This document shows, piece by piece, positions 38,310 to 47,096 of a stretch of 64,000 bases of DNA (position 1 is its first letter; every line of letters starts with the position of its first letter). The position numbers were made by a program, and so were the translations under genes. This DNA comes from Candidatus Latescibacterota bacterium (lineage in GTDB: Bacteria; Latescibacterota; UBA2968; UBA8231): the NCBI GenBank assembly GCA_965261395.1, contig OZ253462.1:3296001-3360000 (forward strand). The letters run 5' to 3'. Below the pieces are notes generated by a model, which made no database searches, was not told the DNA's origin, and saw only the letters and a program-made list of their open reading frames with translations.

Positions 38310-39263
38310 GTGGATATAAGTTTTATGACCAGTGCCGGCGGCGCCAACAATTGGAGCCTCGACGAATGCGCCCGCTGGGCGCGGGAGCACGATTTCGACT
38401 GCGTGCGCTTGAACGACTCCGGCGCGCTCGACTCGGACCACATTCTATCAGTCGGGCCGGACTCCGTGCTGGAGACCTTGCGCCAGCACGACCTGTACCT
38501 CGCCGCCCTCACCGCGCACTACAACCTGCTCGACGACGACCGCGAACAGGCTCGCGCCGCCCAAGCCAAGCTGCTCAAGGCCATTGCGTCGGCCCGCGCC
38601 CTCGACTGCCCAGTCATCGTCACCAGCAGCGGCGCGCCCGTCCGCAACGGCCAGTTCTACGGCATGTTCTCCTCGGAACCCGGCAACCCCAGCGATCGCT
38701 CCGACGAATTAGTTGATCGCTTCCAAGCCATGTTCGAACCCGTGGTGCAAGCGGCCGAAGACAGCAATGTCCGGCTCGCACTCGACGTGGCCGTGCGCAT
38801 GGGACAAATCGGCTGCAACCCGGAGATGTGGGGAAAAATTCTCAACGCCGTGCCCTCGGATCACCTCGGCTTGTCCTGCGATCCCTCGCACTGGCTGTGG
38901 ATGCACATCCTGCCGGTCGAAGACGTCATCCGCGACTTTGCCGGCCATTGGTACTACGCCGATGTCAAGGACTGCGAGATTAGCCCGCGGATGCTCTACC
39001 GCCAGGGCATCATCGGCAACTGGTGGTGGCAATACCGAGTCCCCGGCCGCGGCCAACTCAACTGGAGCACCATCATCGGCGCGCTGTGGGAATCCGGCTA
39101 CGACTACGTGCTGTGCGTCGAAAACGAGGACCGCGGCTTCCCCGGTCTAGAGGGCTTTGCCTTTGGCGGCCAACACCTGCGCGGCTTGCTGCCGCCCAAG
39201 GAGTCTGGTTTTAAGCGACAAGGAAGGCATTGGAAGACGAGCGGATGGGAGCGCAAGAAGTAG
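38310..39263 (+). CDS. sugar phosphate isomerase/epimerase (AP endonuclease 2 TIM barrel)
   Basis: GGAGG RBS before GTG at 38310; LGLSCDPSHWLW, DVKD, RVPGRGQLNW, GYDYVLCVENED. Confidence 0.85.
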   Translation: MDISFMTSAGGANNWSLDECARWAREHDFDCVRLNDSGALDSDHILSVGPDSVLETLRQHDLYLAALTAHYNLLDDDREQARAAQAKLLKAIASARALDCPVIVTSSGAPVRNGQFYGMFSSEPGNPSDRSDELVDRFQAMFEPVVQAAEDSNVRLALDVAVRMGQIGCNPEMWGKILNAVPSDHLGLSCDPSHWLWMHILPVEDVIRDFAGHWYYADVKDCEISPRMLYRQGIIGNWWWQYRVPGRGQLNWSTIIGALWESGYDYVLCVENEDRGFPGLEGFAFGGQHLRGLLPPKESGFKRQGRHWKTSGWERKK

Positions 39264-39287
39264 GGGCGACCGGCCGGTCGCCCCTAC
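39260..39287. repeat. GTAG-type REP-like palindrome
   Basis: Perfect 28-bp palindrome GTAGGGGCGACCGGCCGGTCGCCCCTAC; a second copy lies at 57954-57981. Confidence 0.8.
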
Positions 39288-39353
39288 TTGCCGTTAGAAC
39301 CATTTGCCCTACTATTATTTATTTGCTGCGCTGCAAACAGCCACAGAGGAGCT

Positions 39354-41027
39354 ATGAGCACGGACAAAAACCGCGACTTCATTCGCGAAGCCATCGATGC
39401 CGACCTCAAAAGCGGTCGCTACGACAGGGTCATAACCCGCTTCCCACCAGAGCCTAACGCGTACCTGCACATTGGCAGTGCCAAGGCCATTTCGATCAAC
39501 TTCGGCATTGCCGCCGACTACCAAGGCCAGTGCAACCTCCGCTACGACGACACCAACCCCACGCGCGAAGAGCAAGAATACGTGGACTCCATGCAGGAGG
39601 ACATTCGCTGGCTCGGCTACGACTGGGGGCCGCAGCCGTACTACGCTTCCGATTACTTCGGCCAGCTCTACGAATGGGCCGTCGTGCTCATCAAAAAGGG
39701 CTTGGCCTACGTGGACGACCAGACCGCGGACGAGATTCGGGAAAATCGCGGCACGCTCAACGAGCCGGGCAAAAACAGCCCGTATCGCGACCGCTCCATC
39801 GAGGAAAACCTCCACCTCTTCGAGCAAATGAAAAACGGCGCATTCCCCGATGGCAGCCGCGTGTTGCGCGCCAAAATCGACATGACCGCGCCCAACATCA
39901 ACCTGCGCGACCCAGTCATGTACCGCATCATGCACACCACCCATCACCGCACCGGCGCCGCCTGGTGCATCTATCCGCTCTACGACTGGGCCCACGGCCA
40001 AAGCGACTCCATCGAGGGCGTTACGCACTCGCTGTGCTCAGACGAATTCATCAACAATCGCCCCCTGTACGATTGGTTCATCCAACAGCTCGGCATCTTC
40101 CCCTCGCGCCAAATCGAGTTCGCCCGCGGCAACATCACCTATACCGTCCTGTCCAAGCGATACATCCGGCCGCTCATCGAGCAACAGCTAGTGTCTGGCT
40201 GGGACGATCCTCGGCTCTACACTTTGCGCGGCCTGCGCCGCTTGGGCTGCCCGCCCGAAGCCATCCGCCGCTTCTGGGCCGCAGCGGGCATCGCTCGCCG
40301 CGGCAACAACATCGACATCTCCCTCCTCGAATACTGCATCCGCGACCAGCTCAACAAGACCGCGCCCCGGCGCATGGCCGTGCTCAACCCGCTCAAAGTC
40401 GTCATTGAAAATTACCCGGAGGGCCAAAGCGAGATGCTAACGGCCATCAACAACCCAGAAGACGAAAGCGCCGGCACCCGCTCCGTGCCCTTTTCGCGGC
40501 AGCTCTACATCGAGCGCGAGGACTTTATGGAAGACCCGCCGCGCAAGTTCTTTCGCCTCGCCCCAGGCCGCGAAATCCGGCTGCGCTACGCCTATTTCAT
40601 CACCTGTACCGAGGTGGTCAAAGACGATAGCGGCGAGGTTGTCGAACTGCGCTGCACGTACGACCCGGCCACCCGAGGCGGTAACGCACCCGACGGCCGC
40701 AAAGTCAAGGCCACCCTGCACTGGGTCTCGGTCCCCCACGCGGTCCCAGCCGAGGTGCGGCTCTACGACCGGCTCTTCAAGGTCGAAAAACCGCTCGCAG
40801 CCCCGCCCGAAGGTACCTGGCTGGACAACCTCAACCCGGATTCGCTCAAAGTTCTCAACCCTTGCTATCTAGAGCCGTCCCTCGCCGACATGGCCCGAGG
40901 GGACTCCTGCCAGTTTGAGCGGCTCGGCTACTTCTGCGCCGACCGCGAGGACCACGCGCCGGACGCACCCGTCTTCAACCGCACCGTCACCTTGCGCGAC
41001 ACCTGGGCGCGGATACAGAAGGGCTAG
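39354..41027 (+). CDS. glnS: glutamine--tRNA ligase
   Basis: [59 protein letters not shown]. Confidence 0.96.
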   Translation: MSTDKNRDFIREAIDADLKSGRYDRVITRFPPEPNAYLHIGSAKAISINFGIAADYQGQCNLRYDDTNPTREEQEYVDSMQEDIRWLGYDWGPQPYYASDYFGQLYEWAVVLIKKGLAYVDDQTADEIRENRGTLNEPGKNSPYRDRSIEENLHLFEQMKNGAFPDGSRVLRAKIDMTAPNINLRDPVMYRIMHTTHHRTGAAWCIYPLYDWAHGQSDSIEGVTHSLCSDEFINNRPLYDWFIQQLGIFPSRQIEFARGNITYTVLSKRYIRPLIEQQLVSGWDDPRLYTLRGLRRLGCPPEAIRRFWAAAGIARRGNNIDISLLEYCIRDQLNKTAPRRMAVLNPLKVVIENYPEGQSEMLTAINNPEDESAGTRSVPFSRQLYIEREDFMEDPPRKFFRLAPGREIRLRYAYFITCTEVVKDDSGEVVELRCTYDPATRGGNAPDGRKVKATLHWVSVPHAVPAEVRLYDRLFKVEKPLAAPPEGTWLDNLNPDSLKVLNPCYLEPSLADMARGDSCQFERLGYFCADREDHAPDAPVFNRTVTLRDTWARIQKG

Positions 41028-41045
41028 CCACACCCACCGCCGCGC

Positions 41046-41816
41046 ATGCGGATTTCGCGCATCCTATCGGCCCTGCTACTGGCGGCTCCCGTTGCCGCCG
41101 AAGAGGTCGTCGTGCCGGCCGGCCCCTTCACCATGGGCATTGATCACCCGCGAGCCACCGACGAAAAGCCCAGCCGCCAAGTCTATCTCAGCGCCTTCTC
41201 CATCGACCGCTACGAGGTCACCAACGCCCGCTTTGCCGCCTTTGTCGCGGCCACCGGCTATCAGACGGAGGCGGAAAAACGCGGAGCCGAAAAGGCCGAC
41301 GGCATTAGCTGGCGTCAGCCCCACGGCCCCGGCTCAGCCGCCGACCCGGGCCATCCGGTCGTCTATGTTAGCTGGCAAGATGCCCATGCGTATTGCGCTT
41401 GGCGCGGCGGACGCTTGCCCACCGAAGCCGAGTGGGAAAAAAGTGCGCGCGGCAGCGATGGCCAGCTCTGGCCTTGGGGCGCGAAGTTTGCCGCGGGACG
41501 CGCCAATCTCTGGGGACCGGAAGACGGCTATGCCGGGCTAGCACCCGTCGGCTCTTTTCCCGCAGGAGCCAGCCCGTACGGCGCGCTCGACATGGCCGGA
41601 AACGTCTGGGAGTGGTGCTCCGATTGGTACGACGCCAACTATTATGCCACGGCACCGACCAAAGACCCGCAAGGGCCAGAAACCGGCCGCCTCAAGGTCC
41701 TGCGCGGCGGCTCGTGGATCAACCCAGGACCGGCGCTGCGCAGCACCAACCGCTTTGAGGTCCTGCCCGTAGAACGCAGCCCCTATATCGGCTTCCGCTG
41801 CGCCCGCTCTCCATGA
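41046..41816 (+). CDS. secreted FGE-sulfatase (SUMF1-like) domain protein, probably non-catalytic
   Basis: Signal peptide; FTMG, YEVTN, HPV..VSW.DA, RLPTEAEWE, DMAGNVWEW, RGGSW, IGFRC; lacks the FGE catalytic Cys pair. Confidence 0.88.
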   Translation: MRISRILSALLLAAPVAAEEVVVPAGPFTMGIDHPRATDEKPSRQVYLSAFSIDRYEVTNARFAAFVAATGYQTEAEKRGAEKADGISWRQPHGPGSAADPGHPVVYVSWQDAHAYCAWRGGRLPTEAEWEKSARGSDGQLWPWGAKFAAGRANLWGPEDGYAGLAPVGSFPAGASPYGALDMAGNVWEWCSDWYDANYYATAPTKDPQGPETGRLKVLRGGSWINPGPALRSTNRFEVLPVERSPYIGFRCARSP

Positions 41817-43447
41817 CCCTGCTTACCGCGCTCTGCGTCGCGCTTTTAGTAGCCTGCGACGACGCGACGACGCCCAAGCCTGCGCCCGCACACTTTGCCG
41901 AAGTGGCCGCCGCTTCTGGCCTCCACTTTGAGATGCGCTCCGGCGGGCAGGTCAAAAACTACATCCTCGAATCCAAGGGCGGCGGCGGTGCTTTCCTCGA
42001 CTACGACGGCGATGGCTGGCTCGACATCTACCTCGTCAATGGTGCCCAGCTCGGGGGCACGGCTCCCCCCAACGCCCTCTATCGCAACCAAGGCCATGGC
42101 GCGTTTGACGACCGCACGCAAGCGGCCGGCGTCGGCGATGACCAGTGGGGCATGGGCTGCGCCGTGGGCGACTACGACAACGACGGTGCGAGCGACCTCT
42201 ACGTGACCAACTACGGCCCCAACGCCCTCTATCACAACGAAAGCGGTGGCACCTTCCGCGAGGTAGGCCAAGCGGCTGGCGTCGATCTAGCCGGTTGGAG
42301 CACCAGCGCGACCTTCGGCGACTATGACCGCGACGGCGACCTCGACCTCTACGTGGCCCAGTACCTACAATTTGCGGCCGAGCACGTGCCGCCTCGGGGC
42401 GGGATGTGGAAGGGGGTTCTAGTGTTCGCCGGCCCACTCGGCCTCATCGGCGCACAAGACGCCCTTTACCGCAACGAGGGCGCCGGCACCTTTCGCAATG
42501 TTACCGGCCAAGCCCATGTCGAACAAGCAGAGCCGACCTACGGACTTGCCGCGCTCTTTTGCGATTACGACCGCGACGGCGACCCAGACCTCTACGTGGC
42601 CAACGACTCCGCGCCCAACTTCCTCTACCACAACGAGGGCGGCACCTTCCGCGACATTGGCATTGCGGCAGGTGTGGCCCTCAGCGCCGAGGGGGTAGCC
42701 CAGGCCGGCATGGGCATTGCCTATGGGGATTACGACCGCGACGGATTTGGGGATTTTCTGGTGACCCATTTTGAGGACGATTACAACACCCTCTACCGCA
42801 ATCGCCGCGACGGTACCTTTGCCGTGGCCAGCGCTGCGGCCGGCCTCGCCGAGCCGAGCCTGCCCCACTTGGCCTTTGGCACGTGCTTTCTCGATTACGA
42901 CAACGACCAAGACCTCTTCGTCGCCAACGGACACGTCTATCCCCAAATACGACACTTGAACCCGGACGGGTACGCCGAACCCAACCAGCTCTTCGCCAAC
43001 GAGGGACCGGCCGCGGCCTACCGATTCTCCTCGGTTTCAGCCGGGGATTTGGGCCACCCTGCGGTCAGCCGTGGTGCGGCCAAAGGAGATTGCGACAACG
43101 ATGGGGACGTGGATCTGTTGGTGTTCAATCTCGACGGCCCACCGTCTCTGCTGCGCAACGACAGCGGCAACCAACTCAACTGGCTGAGCCTGCGGTTGGT
43201 CGGCACCGCGTCCAACCGCGATGGCATTGGGGCGCGGGTCGCCGTGGTCAGTGGCGGGGTCGAACAGATCGCCGAGCGGATCAGCGGTGGCAGCTTTCTC
43301 TCGCACAGCGACGGGCGCGTCCACTTCGGCTTAGGCACGAACACCACGGCCGAGCGAATCGAAATCTACTGGCCTTCGGGCCGCGTCCAGCGCTTAGAGG
43401 ATGTGGCCGCTAATCAGTTCTTGGTAGTAGAAGAGCCGGAGCGTTAG
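41813..43447 (+). CDS. CRTAC1-family lipoprotein (FG-GAP/VCBS repeats + ASPIC/UnbV)
   Basis: Lipobox LVAC; repeated DYDxDGxxDLYV units; SNRDGIGARV, GSFLS...VHFGLG, WPSG. Confidence 0.9.
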   Translation: MTLLTALCVALLVACDDATTPKPAPAHFAEVAAASGLHFEMRSGGQVKNYILESKGGGGAFLDYDGDGWLDIYLVNGAQLGGTAPPNALYRNQGHGAFDDRTQAAGVGDDQWGMGCAVGDYDNDGASDLYVTNYGPNALYHNESGGTFREVGQAAGVDLAGWSTSATFGDYDRDGDLDLYVAQYLQFAAEHVPPRGGMWKGVLVFAGPLGLIGAQDALYRNEGAGTFRNVTGQAHVEQAEPTYGLAALFCDYDRDGDPDLYVANDSAPNFLYHNEGGTFRDIGIAAGVALSAEGVAQAGMGIAYGDYDRDGFGDFLVTHFEDDYNTLYRNRRDGTFAVASAAAGLAEPSLPHLAFGTCFLDYDNDQDLFVANGHVYPQIRHLNPDGYAEPNQLFANEGPAAAYRFSSVSAGDLGHPAVSRGAAKGDCDNDGDVDLLVFNLDGPPSLLRNDSGNQLNWLSLRLVGTASNRDGIGARVAVVSGGVEQIAERISGGSFLSHSDGRVHFGLGTNTTAERIEIYWPSGRVQRLEDVAANQFLVVEEPER

Positions 43448-43465
43448 CGCGAAGTGTCCCGCTCC

Positions 43466-45376
43466 CTATTCCTCGCGGATCACCAACCGATCATTCGTTG
43501 CGATAGGGCCGGGAACGATCTGGGTGTGGCCGGAGGGCCAGCGCACTTCGATAGCATCCACCACCTCGGCATCGTCTAGACCGAAGTACAGCGGCAATGC
43601 GCTCTGCGAGAGGTAGCCCGACTTGCCGTCGCGCACTCGGGTGTAGGTGTGTGCGCCAGCCTTCACTTGCACGATCGCGCCCAGACCGTCGCGGTTTGAG
43701 CGGACCCCTTGCAAGTCAATTTTGAGAAAGCGAAGGGCCTTTTTGTCACTCAGGTCGCTGATCAATACTTGGGGTGGGCCATTGAATTCGTTGGTAACGA
43801 TGTCCAAGTCGCCGTCGCCGTCGAGGTCGAAGATCGCCGAAGAACGCGAACCCTGTGCCCCCCAGACCTCGACCTGGCCCTCCTGACCCGCACAGCGGAT
43901 ATGCCCGCGGTCCACCCCAGTGCAGTCGAGCACAAACCAAGGTTTGGCCGTCTGGCGGCGCGGCTCAACCCCCAAGACGAATTCCGCGGCGAGGAAGGTT
44001 TGCCCGCGGTCGTTCAACAGCAGGGAATTGATACCGTAGCGGAAGGGATAATTCATACTCGCAGTGATGAACACATCTTCATAGCCATCGGCATTGAGAT
44101 CGCCAACGCTAAGCCCCCACGGCCAATAGTTTTCAACACCAATCTGATCGGATATCTCACTGAAGTGCCCCCCGCCCAAATTGCGGTAGAACGCATTGCC
44201 GAAGATGCTGTGCCCGTCGCTTACGAGAAAATCCTCGGGGTACTGCATATCCGCTTTTAGCTTCTCCTGTTCCGGCCCAATATCCTCGCTCATATCCGAG
44301 TGCATATCGGTGATGAGCATGTCGATACGACCATCGTTGTCGTAGTCGAACCCCTTAACTCCCATGGACCCCCAAGGGGTACGAGGGAACAGGTCGCGGC
44401 TTTTGTCAGTGAAGTATTGGCCCTCAGTATTCTCATAGTAGTGGTCATGGCCCTGCATGTTCAGGACGTAGAGATCGACCCACCCATCCTCGTTGGCGTC
44501 TATGGCACAGGCCTCGCCGGACCAGCTAGTATCTTGCAGACGCGTTTGGGCGGATACATCGACAAAGCGATTGTCGCCCGCGTTTTTGAACAGGATGCTT
44601 TGTTCAAATCGCTCGGGTTTGAGGTGGCCAGCAAAGGCGTCCTCTAGGCCGATGTAGTACTCGTATGCGATCGCGTGCTGCGGGTCGGAGTTGTAGGTGG
44701 TTGCCGGGGTGGCCACCTCAGTAGTGTAGTTGCCGACGTTGGCGAGGAATCCATCGAGCAAGCCGTCATTGTCGTAGTCGAAGAACAAGGCCGCGGAGGA
44801 GTGCCCCTTGTAATTGAGACCGGATGGGGCGGAAATATCCTCGAATTTGCCCGTGCCATCGTTGGCAAACAAGCGGTTGCCATCGCGGAGGACCGTGGCG
44901 TAGAGGTCTGGATCGCCGTCGTTGTCTAGATCGGCGAACGAGGCGGTAACGCCGATCGGGGCAGCTACTCCGACGCCGGCGGCTGTCGTAATATCCTCGA
45001 ATTTGCCGTCGCCCAAGTTGCGCCATAGCTCGTTAGTTCCGGCCTGCGTCGCAAGGTACAGGTCGTGCCAACCGTCGCCATCCACATCGGCAACGGCGAT
45101 GCCATTGCCGTGATCGTAGTGAATCGGCAGCCAGTGTTTGCCCGACTCCTCGGTAATCTGGTTGTGGAAGTGAATACCGCTTTGTTCAAGCTGGTCGAAA
45201 AAAGAGAACTGGTGAAATATGTCGAACTGTTCCGCCGCGGCGAGTTGCCCTGCCCTACGGTCTTCTATCCAAGGCGGGGCAAAGATCGCGGGAGGAACGT
45301 ACAAGGGCTTGAGGCTCTGCGCCTCGGCCACGGCCACGCCGTAGAAGGCAGCCATCAGTAATAGGAGTCGGTTCAT
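43466..45376 (-). CDS. CRTAC1-family secreted protein (FG-GAP repeats + ASPIC/UnbV)
   Basis: Signal peptide; DVDGDG, DLDNDGD, DYDNDG repeats; SNRDGLGA, GYLSQ...LYFGL, WPSG. Confidence 0.9.
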   Translation of the reverse strand: MNRLLLLMAAFYGVAVAEAQSLKPLYVPPAIFAPPWIEDRRAGQLAAAEQFDIFHQFSFFDQLEQSGIHFHNQITEESGKHWLPIHYDHGNGIAVADVDGDGWHDLYLATQAGTNELWRNLGDGKFEDITTAAGVGVAAPIGVTASFADLDNDGDPDLYATVLRDGNRLFANDGTGKFEDISAPSGLNYKGHSSAALFFDYDNDGLLDGFLANVGNYTTEVATPATTYNSDPQHAIAYEYYIGLEDAFAGHLKPERFEQSILFKNAGDNRFVDVSAQTRLQDTSWSGEACAIDANEDGWVDLYVLNMQGHDHYYENTEGQYFTDKSRDLFPRTPWGSMGVKGFDYDNDGRIDMLITDMHSDMSEDIGPEQEKLKADMQYPEDFLVSDGHSIFGNAFYRNLGGGHFSEISDQIGVENYWPWGLSVGDLNADGYEDVFITASMNYPFRYGINSLLLNDRGQTFLAAEFVLGVEPRRQTAKPWFVLDCTGVDRGHIRCAGQEGQVEVWGAQGSRSSAIFDLDGDGDLDIVTNEFNGPPQVLISDLSDKKALRFLKIDLQGVRSNRDGLGAIVQVKAGAHTYTRVRDGKSGYLSQSALPLYFGLDDAEVVDAIEVRWPSGHTQIVPGPIATNDRLVIREE

Positions 45377-47049
45377 TGTCTCTCTAATTGTGCTAGTTGT
45401 TCCCGCGCCTTGGCGTGGTTGGGGTTGTATTCCAGTACTTTTTCAAAGGCGCGTCGGGCGAGGTCTGCGCGGCCAAGACGCATCGACAACTGCCCCGCGC
45501 TGTAGCGAGCCTGCACATCGCTGGGCTCGATTTCAATACACGTCTGGAAACTGTGTGCCGCCTTGCGGTGCTCGCCCAACTGCACGTACACCTGACCCAA
45601 GAAATAGTGGCTGTCGCGGTGGTCCGGATCAATGGCCAAGGAGCGGTGGAAGGCGGCTACTGCCGCGGGCAAATCGCCGGCTTGGTATGCCGCCTTGCCC
45701 TGGCCGTAGTGCGCCCGCACGGAAGTAGAGTCCAAGTCCAGCGCCCGGGCAAAAAACGAGCGCGCCGAGTCCGGGCGACCAGCGGATGCGTGGGCTTCGC
45801 CCAAAAGACAATGTGCTTCCACATTGTGCGGGTCAAGGGCAATGGCTCGCTCTAAAGCCGAGATGCCTGCTGCCGGCGCGTTCTGGTACAGGCGGACCAT
45901 CGCCAAGCGGATATGCGCCTGCACGTAGGACGAATCAATTTCGATGGCGCGCGCCAGCAGAGCAGCAGCGCGGTCCCAGTAGCGCTGGTTGGCGTTTCTG
46001 ATGCCCTGCTTATAGTGCCGCTCGGCTGCACTTAGGCGCTGGAACGCGGTCGCAGCAGCCTCCGCCTCCGCCTGTTGCCCCACCTGCGCGTAGGCCTGGC
46101 TCAACAGGTAGTAAGTTCGGGGGTTCGACGAGTCTAAGTGGAGTACCTGTTCGAGAGCGGCAACGGCTTTGGTAGGCCGCTGTTGTTTAGTATGTATCCC
46201 GGCCAAGCCAATGAGAGACCCCACGTGCTCCGGCTGGAGGACCAAGACGCCTTTGAAACCGGCGGCGGCGGCTTCTAAATCACCGCTGCGGACCAGCAGG
46301 TCGCTGCGTCGGTACAGGGCCTCGGCGTGGTCTGGCTGGAGCGCGAGGGCCGCGTCGTAAGCGGCCAACGCTTGAGCAAAAGACGCCAAGGACCGGTGCG
46401 CTTCCCCCAAGCGAAAGTAGTAATGGGAATGGTCCGCTCTCAGGGCGATGGCCTGCTGAAGACAGGCGGCTGCGTCCCCGTAGCGATGATCTAGCTGGAG
46501 GGCTGTGCCGAGCGCGTAGTGAAAATCGGCCCTGTCTGGGGCGAGGGCCACGGCGCGTTCAAAGGCAGGTACGGCATGTCCGTTTTCGTCTAGGCGGGCA
46601 TGAGCCAGCCCAATGTAGAAGTAGGTCTGCGCCAGCCTAGGGGCATAGGTGGTCGCCTCGGTGAGAACGGTCAGTGCCCGGCGCAGGCGGCCCTGCTTGA
46701 GGAAGGCCCCGCCGCGCTGGCTCAACAGCGCACCCCGCTGCTGGTTTTTCCGCTGAATCAGCGAGTCTGGCAGGGCGCGTTCCAGATGTTGTCGATAAAC
46801 CTGGACCTGAATGGTATCGAGGCTCTGGTTATCTGCCGCTAGGAGGTAGCGATCGATGAGCAGCTGGAGGTACTGGCGCTTGTCCACCGCCTCACTAGGC
46901 TGTCCGGCCGGGAGCTGCTCGACGAAGGCACGCAAGTGCTGGGCCGTAATCTGGTGTGGCCCGACCTCGGCGACGACCGGGTCTTCGGCGGCGATACAGG
47001 CTGACGTTAGATACGCCAAAACGCAGCCTAGCAGCCGCGAACATCGCAC
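45373..47049 (-). CDS. TPR-repeat (lipo)protein with N-terminal SurA/PpiC-N-like segment
   Basis: Many TPR units (A..F..A..L.P...AHY.LG); possible lipobox TSAC. Start uncertain: GTG at 47049 was chosen to avoid overlap with the upstream gene. Confidence 0.8.
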   Translation of the reverse strand: MRCSRLLGCVLAYLTSACIAAEDPVVAEVGPHQITAQHLRAFVEQLPAGQPSEAVDKRQYLQLLIDRYLLAADNQSLDTIQVQVYRQHLERALPDSLIQRKNQQRGALLSQRGGAFLKQGRLRRALTVLTEATTYAPRLAQTYFYIGLAHARLDENGHAVPAFERAVALAPDRADFHYALGTALQLDHRYGDAAACLQQAIALRADHSHYYFRLGEAHRSLASFAQALAAYDAALALQPDHAEALYRRSDLLVRSGDLEAAAAGFKGVLVLQPEHVGSLIGLAGIHTKQQRPTKAVAALEQVLHLDSSNPRTYYLLSQAYAQVGQQAEAEAAATAFQRLSAAERHYKQGIRNANQRYWDRAAALLARAIEIDSSYVQAHIRLAMVRLYQNAPAAGISALERAIALDPHNVEAHCLLGEAHASAGRPDSARSFFARALDLDSTSVRAHYGQGKAAYQAGDLPAAVAAFHRSLAIDPDHRDSHYFLGQVYVQLGEHRKAAHSFQTCIEIEPSDVQARYSAGQLSMRLGRADLARRAFEKVLEYNPNHAKAREQLAQLERQ

Positions 47050-47096
47050 GAAATTTTTCTGTTCAAAGTGGGCGACCAAGGGAAGGGGGCAACGAA

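Noticed and set aside
41046-41816. Formylglycine-generating enzyme activating the window's sulfatases
   Set aside because: It lacks the catalytic Cys pair after RGGS and is secreted, while the sulfatases look cytoplasmic.
42885-42930. Shortened FG-GAP repeat (DYDNDQDLFV) as evidence of pseudogenisation
   Set aside because: The change is in frame and the rest of the gene is intact.
41990-45110. Recurrent GACTACGAC/GACGGCGAC sequences as a CRISPR array or DNA repeat
   Set aside because: They are codons of FG-GAP DxDxDG protein repeats, irregularly spaced, with no cas genes nearby.
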